Source: a virus
Taxonomy: Duplodnaviria; Caudoviricetes
DNA length: 50,977 nt
Virus record (IMG/VR): IMGVR_UViG_3300045733_000207
Coordinates: 1-50,977 of that record
Reading direction: 5' to 3' (one strand)
In this document: in pieces, positions 11,601-20,665 of the stretch
How the letters are laid out: the number at the start of each line of letters is the position of its first letter
Numbering within the stretch: the first letter of the stretch is position 1
Made by a program: the position numbers and the translations under genes
The notes under the pieces: model-generated
Seen by the model: the letters and a program-made list of their open reading frames with translations, nothing else
What the model was told of the DNA's origin: nothing
Database searches by the model: none

Positions 11601-12317
11601 GGTGTAAACATCTTTACTGGTAGAAGCAAACTCAAAAATGCTGGAGGTTCAGTCAGGTTACTCGGTGCTCCTAGTTTCTTGAAATCGGCATTTGAATTGA
11701 TGGCGTTCAAACCTATATGGGGTGCAAAGACTGCCGAAGCAAGAATGGTTTTTGCCAAAGAATACGCACGCATAGGTGGCGTTATGACAATGATGTATCT
11801 GTTGGCGCATAAAGCTGGTGCGGACATTGATTTTCACCCTACCTCAGGCAAGTTTGGAGACATTACCCTTCCCGGCGGGTACTATTTCAATCCATTCAAC
11901 TACGTCAAATCGAAGTTGGTCTTTACCGCTCGCATGATTCAAGACTTGTCGGCAACCGCTGGTGCGCTCAGTACTGGAACGAATCGCAAAACAAACAACC
12001 CTTATAGTGCCGATTCTGGAAAGACTGTGTTCAGGTTTGCTCAGAGCGTGGCGCATCCCGGAGCAAGTTCAACGTTAAGCGCATTCACTGGTCGTCAATT
12101 CAGTGGAGAGCCGGTGACGAAAACAAGTATGGCAAAGGATGCACTTGCGCCACTGTCGCCATCGCAGACATTTGATTATATGGGTGAAGGCAAGAACAAA
12201 ACGGGCGGAGCGATTATGTCAATCCTGAATCTTGTGGGCTTCCCCGTCGGAATTGATTATGAAGATAAATCCAGACATACCAAGCCCAGTGTCCCTAAAG
12301 CTCCGAGTCCATATTGA
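5625..12317 (+). CDS. 2230-aa giant internal virion/ejection (polyvalent-type) protein with two possible ADP-ribosyltransferase-like inserts
   Basis: Size and position; N-terminal DYDELLxY x3; segments VKVYRAIP..GDWVT..YAEQHG and WYRG..FYS..ADEYA..GYDGI..ELHVF; long coiled-coil region. Confidence 0.65.
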   Translation: MDTDYDELLNYKPTQSATAVAPSSDYDELLKYQPPKPPQVQPPVQPPTESDYDELLNYKTPTPTPTPPPDPYFAGMVDKFNQGYNALQTVSGFVSGVAQNREAERQSYLTEDQKLAERMKDARREYVAAPVGSPEAVAAQRQPELGKKAQGVDVNQRPSLVARAVEQYGTAATPDFAFKMWGMSPVSESGEAQTPGEVATDFLAQTAGTLTGFGAVSGGLKLITKAFKIPTYVAQLASLYKTAPKLAKIADAGLRNATLFGTHSQIYIPVDTTVTERAKALGQSQIDAALFTGAGLAPKLLQTPAMAGVGWVMAGENASQEDRAVSMATMVLLHLMGQGAERIKAIRETSDILKETGVNNPVELAVTVLDGITPEQIDSVKRQATKVPPSAVLNPPDRVGKFKRFGPRPAEQPVKSPIQREDYKGQHRPVTIEGGAARLDDLTPAFGLDIYGKDAVRYFGTGDTKLDGETVNILQSLKGKPDADVKVYRAIPKEVNETDLKQGDWVTVNKDYAEQHGQTTLGGNHKIITQTVRARDLTTNADSFHEQGYYPSEVLAPSETQIGEQPIVPQPTLPVQPRQPTQPIEAQATTTRPTAEPASILNTIWYRGIPPEGKDLASGDTFYSASKGVADEYASQLGQDKRGKVSEHGKDIMPKNPLVIESKEVLAENMGIDDPFNKDFDAKAKAYAQDKGYDGIYYENGTTDFNTGELPPELHVFPQPTPAAPPTPAKAPAVQDKGETLIPSLVKTVVTNHPLYGHQPMEILEEYHDSYITKTEGGHIAVVSKDGTTVFFPAMDEDVKPRRIIKSADNVETARKYLDWRVAAEAKNKLIADRQRNATIPEQKAPVTQTAPIFKTATKPATRTDIKKARFFELRDMAKSAKYESGETAFDHRQGNSQKDLLNAVLEHRRWYNESMGKKERAPISKETRAKLSRAAVDRKYREDEIAQLDSVAAEAYRNGDNETARNAAMAANELRGKTEDVTLDSLKPGDTFTLDGEQHRVMAETDTSLRIKDGVEFSIPYEQDGIIIDKGSLKHNQPPEVVKATEPKAPGELFSESEKPFNLAQESSLDNAVVMAEQAKTAAQKAQQETAQVKMDLTGQPPDSPYQVGQTVKLAGKNPRTAVITKISTDTETGDVYYDLKPNKGDPIGNATERDFKALKTPAPTMDQILAKQRAAKVSPLDKLSANERAAVEQMNISEGEKKKVAERMLAKKMGPGAANPEDISESFGLQERVIAPLNEALGRKPEVKGEPVSDETVTKQALDNINADPNHVTNLVKNLQSNPHPLNNLEVVTLSVGANKLLQVRNAAAERTNQAAAKGDEPARIKAQEEFMLAAKEVDDILDVTARGHDKSVSEMGRALRQLRVLRDEEFKVITMESNLKARQGGKPLTPEQMAEVQRLHGEWVKAQGEVETGKTERTKAATDTTMRDIEQKARKQSKVDPDKVLTRIRNALAADPELTVADMQTDLQKLALYLEQKNIDANKGKSTLTHEELVTQLHELIRREMPTVRPDEIRDALTGYGQVRYPSKDVAKTALRGHKAELLKVAPLETVQKNIAELQTKAKQAEIEATKHTGYQRDQATARARELTKQLNNAMKEQDRLMGELGIKPDDSAQRLKSGLDAKETRLTNEIADIDRAIAENKRLVKAQPSVLMNEKIKALEAKRAERKAQYDEIFPEQPITDQQRLDRAIKVAARSLADWTQRAIDAAAGKFKTKEPGKPLPESDKLMNIIKEREAAKVEVQRLRDIAFPKKSAHEIALQTYRTRTENRIKFLEDKMARNDFTTPQRDPLDISGEPKALAAQAKLGEIKQRYDNLKKQAWWNTLGHGEKTWVMAKGVYESIRNLRYAFDNSILGRQGWWMLLSHPKEVWAKAVLPSTAAASKTQSMKYAAEFDERPNHKNGFDDISGLSYNKADKSGNYLAADDRQELNVTRRVPGIDASGRMYATGANLIRGGAFDFFLANTKTGARLTRNPKNLSAQDKQFLKDIAQGVNIFTGRSKLKNAGGSVRLLGAPSFLKSAFELMAFKPIWGAKTAEARMVFAKEYARIGGVMTMMYLLAHKAGADIDFHPTSGKFGDITLPGGYYFNPFNYVKSKLVFTARMIQDLSATAGALSTGTNRKTNNPYSADSGKTVFRFAQSVAHPGASSTLSAFTGRQFSGEPVTKTSMAKDALAPLSPSQTFDYMGEGKNKTGGAIMSILNLVGFPVGIDYEDKSRHTKPSVPKAPSPY

Positions 12318-12342
12318 CGATAATTGACAGTTATGATATAGT
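12314..12342 (+). promoter_or_regulatory. Sigma70-type promoter
   Basis: TTGACG-17 bp-TATAGT with extended -10 TG. Confidence 0.65.
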
Positions 12343-12351
12343 GAGGTGCAA

Positions 12352-15309
12352 ATGAAAAAGTTGATGATGATATGTGCGATGTTGATTGGCGTGACGTTGA
12401 ACGTGGAAGCGTTCAACTATGATACTTACTCTGACTCTTTCAATGCAACTAATGTATCGTATGATTACGAAAACTTCTCCTACGATTTTTCGGGCTATTC
12501 GGACGTATTGATGACCAACACCTTTACGCCCGCCTTCGCGCATATCATGCTGCGCCTGAGTTATCCGCAACACAACGGCACGAGCTATCTGGACGTGACC
12601 AATGGCGTGACTACGGTTGGCTCAAACAGTTCCACGTGGAGTGCAATAATTTCGAGGACGAATTTTCCGCCAACCACGATCTACTTTGCGGAATATCTCG
12701 GTTTCGAGTCTCAAGCAACCAATGTTCCGGCCAGGGTCTTGGCTGCGGGTCGCGTCAACATCCACTACAGTATCTACCAAGGCACGGCGGCGGCTGGCTA
12801 CACGAATCCGCTTCAAGGTCAGATCATCATTGGTGTTGTAGGTACGAATGGGTTAATGGCGCAAGACATGTATGATCCGACTGGCGCACAGTTGCCGGTT
12901 GTGTTTACAAATGATTCAAGACTTAGTGATACTCGTGTCCCTACAGCGGCATGGCAGAACATTATTAATGCCAGCACGAATCAGACTGTTGTGAACAGCA
13001 ACACATTCTACGCTGTTGATGTATCGCTTGCGACACAGATCAATACCAACACAGCATCTATAACGAACGAGGCCGCGCTCAGAACTGCGGCAGATTCTTC
13101 ACTTACCATGCAGGTAAGTACGAACAAAGCGAGCATTACCAATGAGGCGGCATTACGAATATTGGCAGATGCTTCATTGACTTCACAGATTGGCACGAAT
13201 ACCGCGAGTATCACAAACGAGGCCGCGCTAAGGATAGTGGGTGACAATACTGGCACGAACTACACGTATGCCGTTAGTAATGCGCTCAGAACGGCACTCA
13301 GTTCAGCGACCAACCAGACTCTAGCCAACAGCAATGCACTCAACGCAGTTGATGTGTCGTTGACGGCACAGATAGTCAGTAACGATACCGACATCGCTGC
13401 GGGCTTTACGACTCAGATTCAACATACCGCAAGCATCACGTCGCTGACTTCTCAGATCAACACCAACACTGCCAGCATTACGAATGAAGCTGCTAACAGG
13501 GCTGCGGCTGATATTGTCGGTACGAACTACACGTATGGCGTCAGTAACGTCTTGCATGTGGTTGACACGAATCTGCAAGATCAGATTACAGCGATAGGTA
13601 ACGCTTATTCGACAAATTCGTATCTATTCCCGCGCCTTGTTGTGTCCGATCCTACTCAACAGGGTGGCGAAATGGTGACAAATGGCAGTTTCACGAGTGA
13701 CTCAGGCGGCTGGATATTGACGAACGCTTACTGGTCAGGCGGTCATATGTATGTCAACGCCGGACTCACAGCGACCATTACACAGAGCAATACTACGGCA
13801 ATCACCAATGGCCGTATCTACGTCGTGCGGGTTACGAAGGGGACGACGAATGGCACACTGTCAACCTTCTTTGCGGGTAACAGTACAACGAATATGGCAC
13901 TTGGCGTGAACAGTAACAATCTGGTGTGCATGAATGCCAGTAACGACTTGGTCATTACCTGTACTGGCGGTGGGGCTGGTACATGGATAGACGATGTAAG
14001 CATCAAGCAGATCACGAATGGCAGTGCATATGTGGCTGGCGATCTGTACGTGGGCGGCAACTTCATTGGGACACATGCTTATGCGCTGTCAAGTGAGGTT
14101 ACGGCGGAAGCAGACCGGGCGCAGGTGGCAGAGGCGTTGATGGTGCAGACGAATGTCTATACCAATGCTGTCAACATCTTCGGAAACAACCACATTTGGA
14201 AGGCGTCCTACACGAATCTTGTTCCAGCATTGGCAGCGGCAACATATGGGGATACGTTAATACTTTCCCCCGGTATTCATGTCGCAGGTACATTCTCGTT
14301 TCCATCTAATATCTGTGTGATAGGTCAAGGAGTGGATAATACCATCATATCTAATACAGCCGCCGATAGTGCTTTCAAACTATCACCTGGTTCAATTTAT
14401 TTTAGGAATATTTATTTCAAGGGACATGGGCAGACAACTCTTCCTATGTTTCCTTTGGTTAACTCAACAGCGTCAACAGATGTTCATTTTGACAACTGTA
14501 TCGCAACTAATCTTACCGTGAGTTCACCAACAACATGTTTCTCGTCGTACAATAACACAAATGATTTCTACCTGAACTCGTCAACTATTTACGGACAGTT
14601 CTACAGAGTATCGGACACCTTTGGTAAGGTTAGATTATACATTTCCGGTCTTTCTTATTTTGAAAATCCCACATCAGAATATGGAGGGGGCGCAACAAAT
14701 TACTATGGTGCCAGTGAAACAAATTACTTTGGGCTATCAACACATGTGGGTGATGTGGTTGCACATTCCATTTGGTTACCAGGAAATTATCCGAATGATG
14801 GGCGGTTGAATCTTGGCAATAACACAAATACGTATGTGGCAGACCAAGGCGCGCCGGGAGTACCGACATGGTATTTGTACGTTAATGGTGTCAATACACT
14901 TCGATCATATTCCAACATAGTTGAACTTTTTCAAGGCATGGCGTTTTACAACAATCCGGTTGGCGGCGAAGGCCTCGACATGCAGGGTCGGATCATAGAC
15001 TCGCTGGCAAACGGAACCAACGATGAGGCTGTGAATTATTACCAGTTGACGAACGCTGTCAGCGGCATGGTGAGCAATAATCAGCAGGGCGTGACGTTCG
15101 GCGGCCAGATCACGAGTGCGGCCACGGCCGGTAACTCCACACAATTGCTCGGTCAGGTTGCGGGGTATTATCGCTTGGCTCAGACCATCACCAATGCCCC
15201 GTTTAACACTGTCGGGCTTGGGGTGATGTGTCTTGGCACGAACTACAACGGGAGCAACGGCGTATTCTGGGCTGTTGGAACAACCAATTACATTATGACG
15301 TTCCCATGA
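12352..15309 (+). CDS. ~985-aa Thr/Asn-rich tail fibre/spike-like protein with an N-terminal signal peptide
   Basis: MKKLMMICAMLIGVTLNVEA signal-like start; repeats QINTNTASITNEAALR; beta-helix-like entry motif (AATYGDTLILSPG...IGQG). Confidence 0.65.
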   Translation: MKKLMMICAMLIGVTLNVEAFNYDTYSDSFNATNVSYDYENFSYDFSGYSDVLMTNTFTPAFAHIMLRLSYPQHNGTSYLDVTNGVTTVGSNSSTWSAIISRTNFPPTTIYFAEYLGFESQATNVPARVLAAGRVNIHYSIYQGTAAAGYTNPLQGQIIIGVVGTNGLMAQDMYDPTGAQLPVVFTNDSRLSDTRVPTAAWQNIINASTNQTVVNSNTFYAVDVSLATQINTNTASITNEAALRTAADSSLTMQVSTNKASITNEAALRILADASLTSQIGTNTASITNEAALRIVGDNTGTNYTYAVSNALRTALSSATNQTLANSNALNAVDVSLTAQIVSNDTDIAAGFTTQIQHTASITSLTSQINTNTASITNEAANRAAADIVGTNYTYGVSNVLHVVDTNLQDQITAIGNAYSTNSYLFPRLVVSDPTQQGGEMVTNGSFTSDSGGWILTNAYWSGGHMYVNAGLTATITQSNTTAITNGRIYVVRVTKGTTNGTLSTFFAGNSTTNMALGVNSNNLVCMNASNDLVITCTGGGAGTWIDDVSIKQITNGSAYVAGDLYVGGNFIGTHAYALSSEVTAEADRAQVAEALMVQTNVYTNAVNIFGNNHIWKASYTNLVPALAAATYGDTLILSPGIHVAGTFSFPSNICVIGQGVDNTIISNTAADSAFKLSPGSIYFRNIYFKGHGQTTLPMFPLVNSTASTDVHFDNCIATNLTVSSPTTCFSSYNNTNDFYLNSSTIYGQFYRVSDTFGKVRLYISGLSYFENPTSEYGGGATNYYGASETNYFGLSTHVGDVVAHSIWLPGNYPNDGRLNLGNNTNTYVADQGAPGVPTWYLYVNGVNTLRSYSNIVELFQGMAFYNNPVGGEGLDMQGRIIDSLANGTNDEAVNYYQLTNAVSGMVSNNQQGVTFGGQITSAATAGNSTQLLGQVAGYYRLAQTITNAPFNTVGLGVMCLGTNYNGSNGVFWAVGTTNYIMTFP

Positions 15310-16187
15310 GAAAATTACTCACAATAGTTATTGTGTGCCTCATTGCCGCAACAGCGTTTGCGGTGGACGTGTTTCTCGGACGGCAACAGGACATCACATG
15401 GACGGGCGAAGGGACTACGCGGGTCGCACAATGGGGAAGTGTGGCTCCGCCTGCATGGACTGACCCCCTCCCTCAACTGGCTTGGTACGCATTCGAGGCA
15501 ACCAACGCCACGCAGACACTTGACCTATCCGGCAACGGTTACAACGGCGGCAACATGCCGACCGTAGCTACTGGCCCCGCATGGACGACACTGTACACAA
15601 ATGGAAATGGCCGGGTCGAACATGGTTACACGTTCGACGGCGCGGATGACGGGCTGAAAATCGCCGATAACACGCCAATGAGTTTCGTTTCAGGTACGAC
15701 AGACCTGCCGTTGACAATGGCAGCGTGGATATATCCGCACAGTTTCGGGAGCGTTGTTCAGATAATTGTTGGCAAACAGGACAGCGTAGTTTCAGAGTGG
15801 CTCTTCATGACACGTCCAACCAGCAACTTGTCATGGCTTACCCAAAACACGGGAGCTACGGTCACATGGTCGTGCAACACTTACACGAACAGCCTCGCAC
15901 TCAACACATGGTATCACGTCGCTGTCGTTTCGACAGGAAAAACAAATGCGACACTATACATCAACGGCGTTACTCCAACCAATACCTACATCCTCGAATC
16001 AGGCAGTTACGCTTCCCGGAGTGATACTGTTTGCAAGCCGTACATTGGCCGACGCGAAGATACCTCGAACCCCCGTTATTTCGACGGCGTGATTGACGAT
16101 GTGCGCATGTACACTCAGGCGCTAACCTCAGCGCAAATTCTCACGCTCTACCAGAACACAATCACCAACATTTCAACGGGATACTGA
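15306..16187 (+). CDS. LamG/concanavalin A-like domain protein with signal peptide
   Basis: DLSGNGYNG, FDGADD, TMAAWI, NTWYHVAVV, LYING, FDGVIDDVRMY motifs; ATGA overlap with upstream gene. Confidence 0.85.
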   Translation: MRKLLTIVIVCLIAATAFAVDVFLGRQQDITWTGEGTTRVAQWGSVAPPAWTDPLPQLAWYAFEATNATQTLDLSGNGYNGGNMPTVATGPAWTTLYTNGNGRVEHGYTFDGADDGLKIADNTPMSFVSGTTDLPLTMAAWIYPHSFGSVVQIIVGKQDSVVSEWLFMTRPTSNLSWLTQNTGATVTWSCNTYTNSLALNTWYHVAVVSTGKTNATLYINGVTPTNTYILESGSYASRSDTVCKPYIGRREDTSNPRYFDGVIDDVRMYTQALTSAQILTLYQNTITNISTGY

Positions 16188-16188
16188 T

Positions 16189-16593
16189 ATGCGGAAACTG
16201 ATTATGCTTTTGGTCTTGATCGCCGCTCCGGTTCTGGCCGGGGACTACATCGTCCTTTGGCTCGATCTTCGTGCTTCAACTGCCGACAAGGTCACGGTTA
16301 GAGACGCGCTCAAGAATCAACTCAACGACCGGACTACGATCCCCTTTGCTGATTTGCCCACATGGGAACTGATAGCCAACCCGAACATTGCAGGTATGGT
16401 TTGTGCCATTTCGCGGGATCAGGTCAAGCGCTTGACGAACGACGTATCAAGGTTGACTCCGAATATCCTGAACACATGGGCAACGAATAATCTGGCACAA
16501 CCGCAATACCTGCGTTGGCGCAGCGGCGATGATCCTTTGGCGGTACTGAGAGATGCGGGATTGCGGGTGAGGCAATCAGGGAGTGCACAATGA
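16189..16593 (+). CDS. Hypothetical protein with signal peptide
   Basis: MRKLIMLLVLIAAPVLA start; tightly packed. Confidence 0.65.
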   Translation: MRKLIMLLVLIAAPVLAGDYIVLWLDLRASTADKVTVRDALKNQLNDRTTIPFADLPTWELIANPNIAGMVCAISRDQVKRLTNDVSRLTPNILNTWATNNLAQPQYLRWRSGDDPLAVLRDAGLRVRQSGSAQ

Positions 16594-16817
16594 CCAACCC
16601 AATCCAGCTTGAAGATCATCCGACGCCGTGGGGGCAGGTGGAAAATGAAACCCGCGTGGCAATGGAATTGCCGGACGGTCACATGATTGTAGGGCGCAAA
16701 GTGTGGTTCGATCTGTTCGTGCCGGATGACCGGGAGCATGAGCGGATACGGCTTAGCCCGGAGTGTCCGGTGTATCAGGAGCAGAAAGCGTTTACCGTGG
16801 AGGTAAAGAAAATATGA
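16590..16817 (+). CDS. Hypothetical protein
   Basis: GGAG RBS; ATGA overlaps at both ends. Confidence 0.6.
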   Translation: MTNPIQLEDHPTPWGQVENETRVAMELPDGHMIVGRKVWFDLFVPDDREHERIRLSPECPVYQEQKAFTVEVKKI

Positions 16818-17047
16818 CTACGCTCGCATGTGTCGCGACGATCCTTGTCGGGCTGGCGCTTGGCCTGTTGTGGTTTGTGGCGTACTGCCGGAAGTGCCAT
16901 TTCAGAAATGTTAAGTCTGACGACGCTGAACTGTTGGCGATCTTCCACCGATCGGTGACGCAATGCGGTGTGAAGCAGTTCCCGGACTTGGCAAACGAGC
17001 ACGATGCAAGGGCGCTGAAACACAAGTTCAAGGTGAAACTGGAATGA
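16814..17047 (+). CDS. Small membrane protein
   Basis: N-terminal hydrophobic helix; ATGA coupling. Confidence 0.55.
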   Translation: MTTLACVATILVGLALGLLWFVAYCRKCHFRNVKSDDAELLAIFHRSVTQCGVKQFPDLANEHDARALKHKFKVKLE

Positions 17048-17169
17048 GCAAACTGATATGGCTGTTGGTTGTGGCGGGGATCATTGTCCTGCTCGCCGTG
17101 GCATCAACGATATTCCTGTTCTACTTGATACGAGACGCGGCGAAGAAATACCAAGGGAAGGGGTACTGA
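17044..17169 (+). CDS. Small membrane protein
   Basis: Long hydrophobic helix and basic tail; ATGA coupling. Confidence 0.5.
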   Translation: MSKLIWLLVVAGIIVLLAVASTIFLFYLIRDAAKKYQGKGY

Positions 17170-17170
17170 G

Positions 17171-17632
17171 ATGAGCATTGACGACATATCCTTCAAGCTC
17201 GGCCAGATAGATGAAAAGCTTGAAACCATTGTTGCAACACAGTTGGATATTTCGGTAAACGGCTGTCATCTTGGTCAGGCGCATACGCGGCAAATTGCCA
17301 AGTTACAGGACAAGTCCGGGGTGAAGAAAGCGGAAAATAGTAATTGGGTGGAAGTTACGAAGAATGGGATCAAAGCAGGCGGATTCCCGGCTCTCATCTT
17401 GATACTCTTGGGATGGTTGACATGGAACCAATCTCATCAGAATAGTTCGGCTGTGATTAGTCGTGACGAGATTGCTCAGGTTGTTCAGATTCAGATGCAC
17501 CAGATGGCGCGGGACAACGTCAAACTCTTGGCGAACGGCGAATCAACCAAGCAGGAATTCAAGAAACAAACTGTAGCGAGAACGGAATTGGAAGGCAGGA
17601 TCATGGACAAAGTCATGGAGGAAAAGAAATGA
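17171..17632 (+). CDS. Single-TM protein, possible holin or other lysis component
   Basis: N-terminal coiled coil plus TM segment FPALILILLGWLTW. Confidence 0.45.
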   Translation: MSIDDISFKLGQIDEKLETIVATQLDISVNGCHLGQAHTRQIAKLQDKSGVKKAENSNWVEVTKNGIKAGGFPALILILLGWLTWNQSHQNSSAVISRDEIAQVVQIQMHQMARDNVKLLANGESTKQEFKKQTVARTELEGRIMDKVMEEKK

Positions 17633-18306
17633 ACTTACCGAGATGGGCGTGGACAATTATTGCAGTTGTGATCGTAATCATCCTGTTTGTGATACTCAAG
17701 GTTGAACATGAGTATTGGCAGAGGTGGATTCCATATTACTCAGGGACTTGTCAACTAAGGAGCAAGGCAATGAAACGACGGATAACAGCGCTGGCGATTC
17801 TTGGCTATCTCATGGCGTGGTCATGCTTGCTCTATGTGGGCTGCAAGACGCCGGACTGGCCGCCGTGGGATCCGGACACGACTACGACAACTACGGTTCC
17901 GCCGGTTGTGCCGCCGGTGGTTGATGGGTTTGATTACAGCGCGGTTCAGTGGGTGAGTAATTTTCAAGGCCAGAACGCCAAAGAAGATTTGATCATCAGC
18001 GGTATGTCATGGAACGGAGCACAGTTGCATCTTGAGTGGAACCACAACAACTGGCCTGCGTTTGGTGATCAAGCGTGTAACGGTGAGTTGATCGTATTCT
18101 ACATTGTTGATGGATTCTGGTACGCTCAATACCTCGACTGGAAAACGGCAAGCCAACTGAGTTACAATTTCTCAGGTTTCAAGGATATGGTCAACGCGCC
18201 CGAACCACACGCCATAAATGGAACTCCGACAAAGGTCATGCTGTTGAGTTATGATAAAACGAAACGAAGCAACATCTTGGACTTTCCGGGAGGCTGGCCG
18301 CTATGA
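17629..18306 (+). CDS. Membrane protein/lipoprotein (internal start ~17770 gives a lipobox-like LLYVGC)
   Basis: Two hydrophobic segments; Pro/Thr linker after the Cys. Confidence 0.55.
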   Translation: MNLPRWAWTIIAVVIVIILFVILKVEHEYWQRWIPYYSGTCQLRSKAMKRRITALAILGYLMAWSCLLYVGCKTPDWPPWDPDTTTTTTVPPVVPPVVDGFDYSAVQWVSNFQGQNAKEDLIISGMSWNGAQLHLEWNHNNWPAFGDQACNGELIVFYIVDGFWYAQYLDWKTASQLSYNFSGFKDMVNAPEPHAINGTPTKVMLLSYDKTKRSNILDFPGGWPL

Positions 18307-18904
18307 AGAAGGCTCCGAAGAAAACTTGCGGGAACTGCCGGGACATAGCGTGCTCCTGCCGTGGGTGCGAAGATGACGTGCGGTGTCCGGGCGGCAACCT
18401 GAAATGCTGGTTGGAAACTTGCAAAGACTGGACGGGGAAAACGAAATGAGTAGAGATATACCATACGATCCTGAAGCCGTGTGTGAAGTGTGCGGCGCGA
18501 AGGGTGCTTATGACTTCATGGGCGACTTGCTTTGCGGGGAATGTATAACGACAGGCTTGAAAATACAGAGCAAGAACTACATGTTGACCAAGTTGGTGAC
18601 AGCACCGGCGAGCGTATAGGAGTATGGAAAAGACATGAAACGAACCACCAATTTGCTACTAACATGTACCATTTTAGTAGTTGCCGCATTCTGTTCTGGA
18701 TGCTTTATGTTCTACGACAACCCTGACGCACCGGATGTTGTGCCACCGATTGGCAGACCGGATGACTGGCCGGTTTATAAGATAACGAATGTGGTGGAGG
18801 TTGTAGAGTGAAGCGGAAGTACGGTTGGATACCTGACATGAAAAACTCGCGCATTGCCAAACTGTTGCGAAGATTGCTGGCCAAGAAAGCGGAGGTCAAG
18901 AAGC

Positions 18905-19702
18905 ATGAAAAGAGATAAACGAGTGTATGGGTACGTTAGGGATTTGCCTGACAGCCAGGATTTCTGTCTCAGACGCACAACCAAGTCTTCATCTTCATTC
19001 CCAGATGAGTTCAGTTTGACGCCACAACTTCCGCCGATATTCGATCAGGGCAAAATTGGTTCCTGCGTGTTCAACGGCATTGTGCGCCAACACATGTTCT
19101 GTCAGGCTCGGCAACCGGGTGGTATCACGTCCATGCTTTCCCGACTCTACGGTTACTACTGGGTGCGCTGGCCGAATGTGATTGCGGATTCAGGGTGTAT
19201 GCCGAGGGACGCCTTCAAGCTGATTCAGAAGCGCGGATTGCCTGTTGAGACTTTGTGGCCGTACGTAGACGATGGCAAACGTTACATGAAGAAGCCGCCT
19301 ATGTCATGTAGTAGAGACGCCAAGCATCATACCGGTTTGGTCTATGAAACTGTGCCGCAGACTCAGGACGACATAATGGCTTGCCTGTATGGCAATGGCA
19401 AATCACCCTATGGATTCCCTATTGGCTTCGGAGCCATCCTCTATGAATCATTTGAGTCGAGTACGACAGCCAAGACCGGCATTGTCACTCTGCCGAAGAA
19501 GAATGAGTCAGAAGTCGGCGGGCATTATCAGGTCATAGCGGGCTGGAAGCAGATCAAGGGCAAACTCTATTTCGAGATACACAATAGCTGGAGCGTTGCT
19601 TTTGGTGATCAAGGCCGAGACTGGATGCCAGCCGAATATATCCTTGATAAAGATTTGGTGAGTGATTTGAGGAAACTTACTCTTGTTTTGGAGGACGCAT
19701 GA
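18905..19702 (+). CDS. Papain-like cysteine peptidase (family C1)
   Basis: DQGKIGSC (oxyanion Q and catalytic C), GGH and HNSW..FGDQG motifs. Confidence 0.9.
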   Translation: MKRDKRVYGYVRDLPDSQDFCLRRTTKSSSSFPDEFSLTPQLPPIFDQGKIGSCVFNGIVRQHMFCQARQPGGITSMLSRLYGYYWVRWPNVIADSGCMPRDAFKLIQKRGLPVETLWPYVDDGKRYMKKPPMSCSRDAKHHTGLVYETVPQTQDDIMACLYGNGKSPYGFPIGFGAILYESFESSTTAKTGIVTLPKKNESEVGGHYQVIAGWKQIKGKLYFEIHNSWSVAFGDQGRDWMPAEYILDKDLVSDLRKLTLVLEDA

Positions 19703-20427
19703 TTTTCAACAAGCCGTGTCCGATAGATGAGCAGCCGTGCAACGATGGTAAACCGGATTGCTGCTTCTATCCCAAAGGTTGCCCGGAGATGCAGCAACCT
19801 CAACTTCCAGTCATCGGCGATGTGGGCCATTGTAAACATCTCACTTTTTGGCCCCCAATATGCAAACTCATCCACTACCAACTCAATAAGGGTCACCGCG
19901 ATTGGTGCACCCGACACGTCAAACTCTATAAAGAAGTGCTCGGTACGCATGACTTCACCTTCATGCCATGCAAGGAATCAGTCTATGGCATAGGCGTAGG
20001 CGAATCTCTGGCTGGCAAAGGCACAGTTATCACGCCGTATGAGCAATATCTTGACGAGGCCGCTAAGGGCAAACTTGAGTTTTGGGTTTTCAATACGGGC
20101 TTCACACTGGAAGAACGGAAAATTTGTGTTGATTGGTGGATGGAGAATTGTCTCGGCAGCGATTACGACTGGCCGGACATTCTCGATATATTCTGGAAGA
20201 TAACAAAAGGCAAATTCAGTTACAGCAGGCAGCATCCTAAGCTGCCGTGGTTCTGCTCCGAATCAGTTGCGGCCATGCTGCGGCAAGTCAATGACGTGTA
20301 TCAGACATCGTGTCCCACACCTATGAGAACAGAACAAATCGCAGGCTGGTTGAGTCGGCCAGACGAGATGTACACTAGTTTGTGGTTGCGGTTTCATGTT
20401 GACAAGGATGTGCTCCCGGAAATATAA
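19699..20427 (+). CDS. Permuted papain-like NlpC/P60 (YiiX/YaeF-like) amidase/peptidase
   Basis: His motif (THD) precedes G.DYDW and WFCSESVA; true start may be ~19788. Confidence 0.65.
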   Translation: MIFNKPCPIDEQPCNDGKPDCCFYPKGCPEMQQPQLPVIGDVGHCKHLTFWPPICKLIHYQLNKGHRDWCTRHVKLYKEVLGTHDFTFMPCKESVYGIGVGESLAGKGTVITPYEQYLDEAAKGKLEFWVFNTGFTLEERKICVDWWMENCLGSDYDWPDILDIFWKITKGKFSYSRQHPKLPWFCSESVAAMLRQVNDVYQTSCPTPMRTEQIAGWLSRPDEMYTSLWLRFHVDKDVLPEI

Positions 20428-20518
20428 TCTTCGCTTCGCACCGATAAACATTGATCAGGATTGACTTGCCAAAAATACTTCTTGCAACTTACCTATGATA
20501 AGTAGTAATCTCTCCACC

Positions 20519-20647
20519 ATGAAACTAATCCAACTTACCTGTAAGCGCAAGCAATGCGGTTATCAGTGGACACCCAGGATGATTAAACCTGCTATGTGTC
20601 CCAAGTGCAAAAGCCGACTGTGGAATGTTGCAGTCAACAAGAAGTAA
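20519..20647 (+). CDS. 42-aa zinc-ribbon protein (absent from the ORF track)
   Basis: Own translation MKLIQLTCKRKQCGYQWTPRMIKPAMCPKCKSRLWN; directly after a promoter-like sequence. Confidence 0.6.
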   Translation: MKLIQLTCKRKQCGYQWTPRMIKPAMCPKCKSRLWNVAVNKK

Positions 20648-20665
20648 GATTAGTCACAACAAGGG

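Noticed and set aside
261-16187. Diversity-generating retroelement
   Set aside because: There is no reverse transcriptase, and I found no adenine-specific TR/VR pair; the repeats are ordinary coding tandem repeats.
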